64,000 nucleotides of DNA from a virus, in IMG/VR virus record IMGVR_UViG_3300045988_103907, positions 1 through 64,000 of that record; one strand, given 5' to 3'. The position numbers and the translations under genes are program-made. Under the pieces are notes generated by a model. That model saw only the letters and a program-made list of their open reading frames with translations, was not told the DNA's origin and searched no databases. This document shows, one piece after another, positions 39,346 to 47,166 of this stretch (within the stretch, counting starts at the first letter, position 1; each line of letters opens with the position of its first letter).

Positions 39346-39433
39346 TGGTGCTACCGGAGGGGTATGATCCCTCAATTCCTCTCGGACGGTTGCTTTTAAG
39401 GCAACTGTGTCTCGCCAATTGCACCACGGTAGC
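39346..39433 (-). tRNA. tRNA-Leu (UAA), class II
   Basis: Acceptor GCUACCG/CGGUAGC, anticodon stem GUUGC/GCAAC loop CUUAAAA, variable arm UCC-GAGA-GGA, T arm GAGGG-AUCAUAC-CCCUC, CCA encoded. Confidence 0.7.
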
Positions 39434-39465
39434 ATATAATGTGGCGAGATAACTCGCCACATGTA

Positions 39466-40347
39466 TTATTTTCTTAATTCTTTCCTAGTTGCCGGGAGGC
39501 CATAATATCTACACCATTTTCTAACGGCATTATCAGTCACTCCATATTTTTCGCCAACCTTTAAGAAAGACATAGTTGTTATATCATTCAACAAAGTTTC
39601 TTTTGATGGCCATTCAACATTCCTTCTATCCGGCGAATGCCTATAGCATTCTTTACACAATGTTCCTTTCGTATTGTATTGTAAAGGTTTGCCACACACA
39701 GAGCATCGTCTGCATCTACATTCTCTTTTCTTAACAGGAACTGAAACTTCCTTTTTAGTAAATTCGATATTGTTTTCTTTAATCAATCTTTTAGCTTTGT
39801 CGTACCAACTCTTCGCGGAATAATTTATACCAATTTTAGAAAGTGCTTGTTTTATATTTGGTGATACTTTAAGTGCTTCTATCAACTTTTCTTCTGGAAC
39901 GGCCTCTTTGTATCTTATATTTTTCCCGCAGTAATTATCTGTTTGAGCATGACAATTTGGACATAAAAGTTGTAGATTGCTCAACTCATTGTTAAGCCTA
40001 TCTCCATCTACATGATGAACCTCCAATGGAATTTCATGTCCCAACTATTCTGTATTGCCACAACATTCACATTTATGAGGTCTTATGTAAAGCAAGGCTT
40101 TCCTTAACTGACTGCTAAAATATACTCCCTTTGTAAATTTTGACAAATCAAAGTTACCTTTGTTCTAGCCTTGTCCAGTAAAATGGGATATGTCTATATT
40201 ATTCTCTTCAACATATTTCTTTAAAGCCGAGTGAGTTCCACCGCTGTTGTCTTTATATCCAAGTTTTCTTGCAACAGCATCTAAGCTTTTACTCTCTCTA
40301 AAAGCTTGCTCAATTTCTTTTTTTGTAAATTTGTCGATTCTTTTCAT
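39466..40347 (-). CDS. HNH homing-endonuclease-like gene whose single reading frame is interrupted by two in-frame TAG codons (40165-40167 and 40045-40047): pseudogene or amber-recoded/suppressed gene
   Basis: Joined frame: N-terminal HTH-like 60 aa, TAG, ...IRPHKCECCGNTE, TAG, LGHEIPLEVHHVDGDRLNNELSNLQLLCPNCH (classic HNH), Zn-finger region, C-terminal KYGVTDNAVRKW HTH. Confidence 0.6.
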
Positions 40348-40538
40348 GAATTTGCCTCCAATATCTAATATGTGGACGTTCGGACTCTGGTGCCAAGGAC
40401 GGTATTCGAAACCGCATGTGTTTCCACAGCGAGGTTTGGGCTCGCCCTGTCTCCCATTTGCAGCACCTTGGCATATTGCCGGTCTTTCCCGGCTGTCAGC
40501 CCCGCGCAGGGCATTTTCGGAGGAAGAAAATATCTTAG

Positions 40539-42749
40539 TTATTCGTGCCGATTCTCATAGAATTCATTCCGTAACTGAATAATACCCTTCTTGCAAAAAG
40601 ATTCCTGGTCTTTCTCTCGTTGCTCACGCATCCAACCATAGAACAGGTTATCCTCAGCAGTAAACAACTTTGCGGTATTTTCATAATAGCCACGCTTCTG
40701 AACGCTCTGCATAACACCACGCAAGAACTTCCAGTGCTTATAATAAGGAAGCTTCAGCTTAAACATAAAATTGTTGTTATCTCTCAAAACAAAGCCTTCA
40801 ATATGCTCGATGCCATGGTACAGATAATTCTCATTCATGACCTCTTCATACCAAGGATAGAATTCACTCCAGCTCTCAAAGATCTTAACCTTCTCCTTAA
40901 TCTGCAAATGACACTTTTCAGCAACACGCTTCAGATCATCGTAATCCATCACACTGAAGTTCATATCATTCGCAACAATATCCAGCAAAACAATGTGCGG
41001 TTTCTTGTATTCGATGATATGAGCATCATTCACAGGATCAATCACTTCAAAAATGATGGAACCATTCTCTTTTGCAACCTCCTTCAAATTCTTACGGTCT
41101 TCATCAGAGGTCGTATCCATGAGAATCTTTCGGAACATATCTGCAAAAGGCCCTTCAGGAGTGGATTTACTTGCAATGAACATACCATCCTGTTCTGCAT
41201 CATACGAGACAATGCCAAGAAATCCGTTTTCCTTCAGATATGCAGTCACCGGGAACTTCAAAGTGTTCTGTAGGTTTCCAATTCTCGTTTCATTCCGCTC
41301 ATCGACCGCAAAGGACTTATCATAGCTTCGAGCTACAATCTTATTCGTCTTTGTGTTAATGAACAATCCCCTTGCTTTGGTAGAAACCTCATCCCAGTGC
41401 TTCTTATAAAATGCTTCACGAGAGAAGTTGAAGGAAGAAATATCTCCGAATCGCTTCTCAAACACATATTTGCTTTGACGCATCTTACTGACAAGTTCTG
41501 CGTTATCGAACTCAGTTTTCATTTCAACGGCAGTTTCAGTCTTTGGCTCCTCTTTTCGGAATACATCGTTCTTTGTTTCTACACATTTGATTGACTGACC
41601 GTGTTCAAGTTCCACGCAACGGAGATATCCACCAAACTCAATTTTTCCTTCGAGGTTGTAGCACCGATGCCCCATATCAATAGGAACATCCTGCACATTT
41701 CGATGACCGAATATCTGAATGTAGCTATCCGGCATCGATTTTTCCCAAGACTCAGCCACGGTTAGCATATCAGGATAGCGACCAACACCCTTTACCATCT
41801 GGTCAGTAGACACGAATGGTAGAAATTCAGGCAAATAACTCAAACCACCATGGCTAACGAAGTATCTTTTCTCGTCGTAATCAAAATAGGAGCACTGTCC
41901 TACTCTCGAATAAACCTTACGAGCCGTATTATGGTCAATCCCTGCTTTGAAAAGCTGCGGACGAGTGTAGTTTGCGAACTCCTCGCTCTGAACCGGTTCA
42001 TCATGGCCCCACTTGTTCAGCCACCGTTCGTGATTTCCTTCAAGGAGAATTACATTCTTCCGATTATTGTCTACAACATCACAAAGGAACTTGAACATCT
42101 CTACATTCTCAATACCGCGATCCAGATAATCACCAACAAAAATGTACAGTTCATCATCCTTCAGGTCACCAAGGTACTCTTTCAAGCAACTGTAACATCC
42201 ATGTACATCACCGATGATATGAATTTTGTTCCAGTTGTTAAAGTCCTGCGGAACATAGTTCAATTTCTCAAGGACATTTACATCTGACGAAAGTACAGTC
42301 ACACCAGACGGAATCTTCTGTGTAGCAAATCGCGCATACATCTTATCAATAGCAGCATCTGGAACTCGCTTCAGAGGAGCACGAAGCGCATTACGCCGTT
42401 TACACTCATCAATCGGCAAATCAGTCATGTCGATGATGTACATTCTGTATCTGTACTGCTTTGCAAGATTCTTATAGCGATTGATTTCAACAGTTTTAGA
42501 GTTCGTTGCATCAATCACGGTAAATTCACCGTGAGACATCCGAACCTCCAACAGTTTAAAGAGCATATCCCAGACAACATCATCGTTCTGAGGAGAGATT
42601 TCCATTGTGCCAGCCGGGGTTTCCTGACCACCCTGACACATAAGGCGAATCGTATCGGCACTAAGCGTATACTTTTCCAGATCATGCTCTTTAATATAGG
42701 TGGATTTCCCGCATCCGGGTGCTCCACGGAAAAGAAGCAAAGTTCTCAT
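40539..42749 (-). CDS. Pnkp-like polynucleotide kinase / metallophosphatase / ligase-like adenylyltransferase (end-healing and sealing RNA-repair enzyme)
   Basis: N-terminal P-loop GAPGCGKST, central calcineurin-like IHIIGDVHGCYSCL...GDYLDRG...GNHE, C-terminal ligase motif I-like LKENGFLG; 736 aa. Confidence 0.65.
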   Translation of the reverse strand: MRTLLLFRGAPGCGKSTYIKEHDLEKYTLSADTIRLMCQGGQETPAGTMEISPQNDDVVWDMLFKLLEVRMSHGEFTVIDATNSKTVEINRYKNLAKQYRYRMYIIDMTDLPIDECKRRNALRAPLKRVPDAAIDKMYARFATQKIPSGVTVLSSDVNVLEKLNYVPQDFNNWNKIHIIGDVHGCYSCLKEYLGDLKDDELYIFVGDYLDRGIENVEMFKFLCDVVDNNRKNVILLEGNHERWLNKWGHDEPVQSEEFANYTRPQLFKAGIDHNTARKVYSRVGQCSYFDYDEKRYFVSHGGLSYLPEFLPFVSTDQMVKGVGRYPDMLTVAESWEKSMPDSYIQIFGHRNVQDVPIDMGHRCYNLEGKIEFGGYLRCVELEHGQSIKCVETKNDVFRKEEPKTETAVEMKTEFDNAELVSKMRQSKYVFEKRFGDISSFNFSREAFYKKHWDEVSTKARGLFINTKTNKIVARSYDKSFAVDERNETRIGNLQNTLKFPVTAYLKENGFLGIVSYDAEQDGMFIASKSTPEGPFADMFRKILMDTTSDEDRKNLKEVAKENGSIIFEVIDPVNDAHIIEYKKPHIVLLDIVANDMNFSVMDYDDLKRVAEKCHLQIKEKVKIFESWSEFYPWYEEVMNENYLYHGIEHIEGFVLRDNNNFMFKLKLPYYKHWKFLRGVMQSVQKRGYYENTAKLFTAEDNLFYGWMREQREKDQESFCKKGIIQLRNEFYENRHE

Positions 42750-42825
42750 TGTTTTCTCTCCTTTTACTTAACGCATTATCATTATTTATTCATTTCCAAT
42801 TCTTTATAAAATGTCTATTTTAGTT

Positions 42826-42845
42826 TAGTATCCTGTGTCATATAG
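42826..42845 (-). promoter_or_regulatory. Recurrent motif copy TAGTATCCTGTGTCATATAG between terminator and Pnkp-like gene
   Basis: Read in sequence. Confidence 0.4.
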
Positions 42846-42849
42846 TTAT

Positions 42850-42890
42850 GATGTTAAAATCAAGGGGCCGAAGCCCCCTGTTTTTAATTT
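42850..42890. terminator. Bidirectional Rho-independent terminator GGGGCCGAAGCCCC flanked by A/T runs
   Basis: GC stem with GAA-type loop, TGTTTTTAATTTTT on plus side, TTGATTTTAA on minus side. Confidence 0.6.
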
Positions 42891-43810
42891 TTGTGGAAGT
42901 ATTCGACCCAGCCCTTGTATCCCTGCCGGAAACTAATGTAAGCTACCTTGCTACACTTTCTTCCAATAATGTCTGCAAGAGGTTTTTTACCATTTCCGAA
43001 ACTAAGCTCCGCAAGGTTGAACTCTGAATTACTCTTACAGTAATCGTAGACCTTCACATACTCACCATTTCTGGTCAGATGTCTTCGATCTAAAATCTTT
43101 GTATGATGTCTTTTTTCGAGAATGTCATTCAGCCTCACAAAATAACTATGGATTGTATTTACAGACATCTTCGGGTCGCTGTCTACACCAGTTCTATCCT
43201 CTGTTTTACGAAGAATGTAATCACCATTTATGACATAAAATGTTCTGTATCCTCCCATATTGGGCGCATCATACTGTTTCATTTCATAACACTGCTTGAT
43301 GATATCCATCAACCTTGCGTCAACATCAGTCCTATCGAGGACAGTACGAGATTCAAAGTCTACATCGTTAATTGTTAGATTAGAAACCTCACTAGAAGTA
43401 AGACCGATCCAGTACAAAACAGCAATCACATTCATACGAATCTGATACGCTTCTTCATACTTGTTTAAGAAACCAACAAACTCATCAACCGATGCAAAAT
43501 ACTTGTCCTCGTACATATTGTCTGAACTCACATCGCTCTCTGAGAATTCAGCCAAATCATACATGCTTGTACGATTTTCGTTCTTGATATAACCAGTGAT
43601 TATCGATTTCACATTTCTGAATGAACGACTTGAGTTTACCCAATTGTATTTGGCAAACATCTTTACAAAATCATCTTTTGTGAAGTCGAATAGCTCATAC
43701 CCGCACTCCGCTTCGTAGTCCATAACATGGTTAAGTGTCGATATAACAAACTCGCCGCTTCTATCAGAATACTTTTCAGCAAAAGCGTTGATCTTTTCTT
43801 CAGTAAGCAT
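42884..43810 (-). CDS. Hypothetical protein
   Basis: 308 aa ORF; no firm motif recognised. Confidence 0.4.
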   Translation of the reverse strand: MLTEEKINAFAEKYSDRSGEFVISTLNHVMDYEAECGYELFDFTKDDFVKMFAKYNWVNSSRSFRNVKSIITGYIKNENRTSMYDLAEFSESDVSSDNMYEDKYFASVDEFVGFLNKYEEAYQIRMNVIAVLYWIGLTSSEVSNLTINDVDFESRTVLDRTDVDARLMDIIKQCYEMKQYDAPNMGGYRTFYVINGDYILRKTEDRTGVDSDPKMSVNTIHSYFVRLNDILEKRHHTKILDRRHLTRNGEYVKVYDYCKSNSEFNLAELSFGNGKKPLADIIGRKCSKVAYISFRQGYKGWVEYFHKN

Positions 43811-43863
43811 AATGGCACACTCCTTCTTATTATATGTAGTGTACCATTAACCCTTATAAAAAA

Positions 43864-44283
43864 TCAAGCAAATGCGGCAAAATTCTGAAATTCCATAGTA
43901 TGTTGTACGCCGCTCACGAACGCCGAGATCAAAAACGGTTCATCCTTGCATCTGGCCATTGCGATCATATTCATATGACGCTCAGACAAGACACCAAGCT
44001 TTTTGATAAACTGCCCTTTGTTAAGTGTGTCAGTCTCTTCACAGAGAACGATACTGTCAACCTCTAGGAAATCGCAATCTTCCTTTGAGAGCAGGACATG
44101 AACCGGAGAACGCTTGTATGTTCTGGAAGACAACGGATTCCCTTTGATTGTGGGACTGAAGAAGTTGCGCTTATTGTTACTCGTCACAACGAACGGTCGA
44201 ATACCGCGCTGCTGATGACCTGTCGCATTGGATAGATCAACCAACCAAACCTCTCCGACCTTTGGGTCAATATTGTTGTCCAT
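43864..44283 (-). CDS. MazF/PemK-like endoribonuclease toxin
   Basis: GEVWLVDLSNATGHQQRGIRPFVVTSNN...VHVLL...LEVDSIVLCEETDTLNKGQF pattern typical of PemK/MazF. Confidence 0.6.
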   Translation of the reverse strand: MDNNIDPKVGEVWLVDLSNATGHQQRGIRPFVVTSNNKRNFFSPTIKGNPLSSRTYKRSPVHVLLSKEDCDFLEVDSIVLCEETDTLNKGQFIKKLGVLSERHMNMIAMARCKDEPFLISAFVSGVQHTMEFQNFAAFA

Positions 44284-44320
44284 AGTCTTTCTCCTCTATA
44301 ATAGTGTAGCTCCGTTCCAT

Positions 44321-44340
44321 AGCTATATTATACAGGATAC
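44321..44340 (+). promoter_or_regulatory. Recurrent motif copy in inverted orientation (AGCTATATTATACAGGATAC) upstream of the MazF-like gene
   Basis: Read in sequence. Confidence 0.4.
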
Positions 44341-44374
44341 CTTTACAGAAGTCAATAGGTTTTCGAAAATATTT

Positions 44375-44701
44375 TTAGTGCCCGTACAACTCTGGATTCT
44401 CTGATACGAACACGCTGGTGTTATCGAAGATCATCTCATACGCTTTCTCTTTATCGCCCGGCCTAAACTCAACCCTCCTTACTTCGTAGCATTCTTGCCG
44501 CAGCTCAACATGACTTTCGTTTCCAAAAAATCCAATGCCTTTGACAATCCCATGTGTCTCTACACCAATATCGTTCATCTTCTTGCAGATCATGTGAACA
44601 TCCACACCATTACAAATAAAGCAGACCCACACTCGCTTTTTTCTTATGTACTTCAAAAAGTTTTCAACCTGTATAATTTCCAAAACCTTTTTCTCACTCA
44701 T
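44375..44701 (-). CDS. Hypothetical protein upstream of MazF-like toxin (candidate non-canonical antitoxin)
   Basis: 108 aa; no AbrB/MazE-like motif seen. Confidence 0.35.
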   Translation of the reverse strand: MSEKKVLEIIQVENFLKYIRKKRVWVCFICNGVDVHMICKKMNDIGVETHGIVKGIGFFGNESHVELRQECYEVRRVEFRPGDKEKAYEMIFDNTSVFVSENPELYGH

Positions 44702-44737
44702 TGAAATACCGCCTTCCGCTCACATAAACAACTTTCA

Positions 44738-44795
44738 AGATATATTATACACATCTTTTTGTTTTCGTCAATATATTACACATCTTTTTGTTGTA
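44738..44795. repeat. Tandem degenerate copies ATATATTATACACATCTTTTTGTT / ATATATTACACATCTTTTTGTTGT related to the recurrent motif
   Basis: Read in sequence, intergenic. Confidence 0.4.
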
Positions 44796-44824
44796 TTATT
44801 TATCGAAATTTTAGATGATGCCAT

Positions 44825-45451
44825 TTACTCAGCATCATCCACAACCAGCTTCGCGTCATAATAAAACCTGTGTGCGCCAAATTGTCCAGCAAATGTTGCT
44901 CCTCGCTCGTGCCAACTGCCGGGAGCTGCCGCCGGGGTTACAAACCATTGAATAGGTTTGTCCGAAATCTTAGCGCCGTAGTCAAACACCATAGATACGG
45001 CCAGCTCGTTCTCTGCCATCACATTCCTATTATATAAGGTACTATACCCATACTTCTTAAAGACTTCCTGTATTGTAATCCCATCAATCACAGCAGAATC
45101 ATAAAGACATTGAGCCACAGCCATCTGACCTTCTAAGCTATCAGCACCTGCTTCACAAGCAACGATCTGCTCTGCAAGAGCACGCTCGTCATCGGTGAGT
45201 TCGCATTTCCCCTGGCTAAAGTTCACCACTTTCGTCTCAACAACAGTCTCTACAATGACTTCTGGCTCCTTTTCCTCTTGCTGCACAGTACTCACTGCCG
45301 GAGGACTACTATTATAAAGGTACGAATTGCTCTGATTCTGAATCACCGGGCTGATCTTCGATACCAGATTCCCTGCCAGCAGGCACATTATACATATAAT
45401 AGCAATACTTTGCTCACGATTTATTAACAAATTAGGGTTAATAAGAATCAC
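44825..45451 (-). CDS. SleB/CwlJ-like cell-wall hydrolase with N-terminal membrane anchor
   Basis: LAEQIVACEAGADSLEGQMAVAQCLYD resembles Hydrolase_2 signature; N-terminal IAIICIMCLLAGNLV. Confidence 0.55.
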   Translation of the reverse strand: MILINPNLLINREQSIAIICIMCLLAGNLVSKISPVIQNQSNSYLYNSSPPAVSTVQQEEKEPEVIVETVVETKVVNFSQGKCELTDDERALAEQIVACEAGADSLEGQMAVAQCLYDSAVIDGITIQEVFKKYGYSTLYNRNVMAENELAVSMVFDYGAKISDKPIQWFVTPAAAPGSWHERGATFAGQFGAHRFYYDAKLVVDDAE

Positions 45452-45472
45452 TTCCTTTCAAAAATATTGGTT

Positions 45473-45628
45473 TTATAAGCTGCGCAAAAATTCATACAAC
45501 TCAATTTCACCTTGTAGCCAAACGACATCTCCGCCAGTCTTCAAATATACCGAATAGATTTCATCAAGATGCTCGAAGATAGATTCCACTTTCTTAACTG
45601 TATTCCAATCAATAGGTACACTACTCAT
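45473..45628 (-). CDS. Small hypothetical protein (51 aa, MSSVPIDWNTVKKVESIFEHL...)
   Basis: GGAG RBS 9 nt before ATG; below ORF-track threshold. Confidence 0.3.
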   Translation of the reverse strand: MSSVPIDWNTVKKVESIFEHLDEIYSVYLKTGGDVVWLQGEIELYEFLRSL

Positions 45629-45634
45629 AGTCAC

Positions 45635-46411
45635 TCACTCCATTTCGTTCAGAAGCTCTTTTGCATGGTCAAGCACAGTATTGGAAACGACCTTGCCGCC
45701 GCGATTTAGAAGCAAGAACACACGCAACGTATCCTTCTTAGAAAGATTCCGCAAATCCGCGATAGCAATTGCAGTCTCATCAAAGGTTCTCTTATCCTTC
45801 TTAGAGAGTTCACTGTACAGATATCCTTTATAACGGAACCGATCTTCGTAGAACGCAGCAAGTGTCAGAAGTCTCTGCTTACCGTCAATGATTTCATAAA
45901 GGTAGTTCTGATTTTCATGCCATTCGTCCATGCCAATGTTTTTCAGAACAAATCGACCGATTTCACCACCCATAAAAATTGTCTCAAGAAGCAGTTTACG
46001 GTCATCATCCGTCCATACGGACCCACGCTGGTAACTCGGATTGCAATTGATGCCAAAGAAATAATACCTGTGAAGTAAAGATTCAATAGTCACGTTTGAG
46101 TAAGAAATCTTAATATCTTCATTCTCTGTCAGTTGAGATTTTTTCTCAACACCTGCTTTACGAATGTTAAACCACGTTTCGTACCTATATCCATCATCAT
46201 AAGAAACACCGTAATATAAACCACCGTCGCAGACTTCATCAATCTTGCATCCGCTAAGATTACCAATCTCTACAGCATCTCCCACATCATAATAGTATGT
46301 AGGCTCGCCAGCACGACTTGCCATCTCAGGAAGCTCCGTAAAAGTAGGCGACTTACGAGCTATTTCTTTCGGTGCCAATTGTTTAGCTTCTACTGTCTTC
46401 TTTTTCAGCAC
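45635..46411 (-). CDS. DUF262/ParB-like domain protein
   Basis: IIDGKQRLLTLAAF resembles the DGQQR motif of DUF262 (GmrSD N-domain) / ParB DGHHR. Confidence 0.5.
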   Translation of the reverse strand: MLKKKTVEAKQLAPKEIARKSPTFTELPEMASRAGEPTYYYDVGDAVEIGNLSGCKIDEVCDGGLYYGVSYDDGYRYETWFNIRKAGVEKKSQLTENEDIKISYSNVTIESLLHRYYFFGINCNPSYQRGSVWTDDDRKLLLETIFMGGEIGRFVLKNIGMDEWHENQNYLYEIIDGKQRLLTLAAFYEDRFRYKGYLYSELSKKDKRTFDETAIAIADLRNLSKKDTLRVFLLLNRGGKVVSNTVLDHAKELLNEME

Positions 46412-46431
46412 AATAAAGCTCTCCTTAAATC

Positions 46432-46665
46432 TTAGTTTTTATTTAACTTTTCAAAGAACAGCTTTTGCTTCAATTCATCGGGAAGTTCAGGAAGTGGCAT
46501 CCAGTATTCAACATTGTCAAGCGGAATGCTTTCTCGGCTTTCTGCCCAAGTCCCATCACTGTAAACGAATGCTTTCAAAATGTCTCCATCAGAACATGCT
46601 ACAAACACATCTTCCATTGTCTTAGTAGGAAGTCCATCTTTTACACTAACCCAATCCATAGTCAT
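46432..46665 (-). CDS. Hypothetical protein
   Basis: 77 aa. Confidence 0.3.
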   Translation of the reverse strand: MTMDWVSVKDGLPTKTMEDVFVACSDGDILKAFVYSDGTWAESRESIPLDNVEYWMPLPELPDELKQKLFFEKLNKN

Positions 46666-46689
46666 ACCATCCTTAAATCTCAGCTTTTA

Positions 46690-46938
46690 TCAAAAATCAG
46701 AATGCAGCACTACCGGGGAACGACTGTCTACATCGCAGAACACACACTCCCATTTTGGGGATTCCTCGTAATATTTATAGTTTCCTTGCGGTTTCCATGT
46801 TAAAACCAAAACATTTTTTTGACTGCTATAATAAGCAGTATTCACCTCTGTTGCATCACATTCCCAGCCGCTATCCGTTTCGATAAAAACATCACTTGGT
46901 AGCTTTTCCAAAATCTTAATTAACTCTGTAGCAATCAT
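46690..46938 (-). CDS. Hypothetical protein
   Basis: 82 aa. Confidence 0.3.
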   Translation of the reverse strand: MIATELIKILEKLPSDVFIETDSGWECDATEVNTAYYSSQKNVLVLTWKPQGNYKYYEESPKWECVFCDVDSRSPVVLHSDF

Positions 46939-46956
46939 ATAAAGCTCTCCTAGAAC

Positions 46957-47166
46957 TTAACTTTTATCAGTCGTATCAATCGCAACATTCAAAAAAGAAA
47001 TCAATAATTGAGCATTTTCTTTTGTTAATGTCACAGAACTTAATTCCATATCTGGAGCATCACTGAAATATCCCAGCGTGATATTATTATCTGGCGTAGA
47101 AATACAAATGTCAACATTATATTTTCCATCGGTTGTGCTTAACCATCCAATGATTTTACTATCCAT
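46957..47166 (-). CDS. Hypothetical protein
   Basis: 69 aa. Confidence 0.3.
   Translation of the reverse strand: MDSKIIGWLSTTDGKYNVDICISTPDNNITLGYFSDAPDMELSSVTLTKENAQLLISFLNVAIDTTDKS

Noticed and set aside
39187-39452. Plus-strand ORFs of 64-70 aa inside the tRNA island (39053..39247, 39187..39399, 39255..39452)
   Set aside because: They overlap tRNA genes on the opposite strand and have no RBS; they are coincidental ORFs.
38400-39470. Possible suppressor tRNA (CUA anticodon) that would explain the in-frame TAGs
   Set aside because: I searched the tRNA island by eye for a CUCUAAA-type anticodon loop and found none. The only UAG-containing loop belongs to tRNA-Leu(UAG), which reads CUA codons, not amber.
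40620-41273. 217-aa plus-strand ORF and other plus-strand ORFs between 40247 and 42809
   Set aside because: They sit inside or opposite the Pnkp-like gene and the HNH frame. They show no motifs and are consistent with antisense artefacts.
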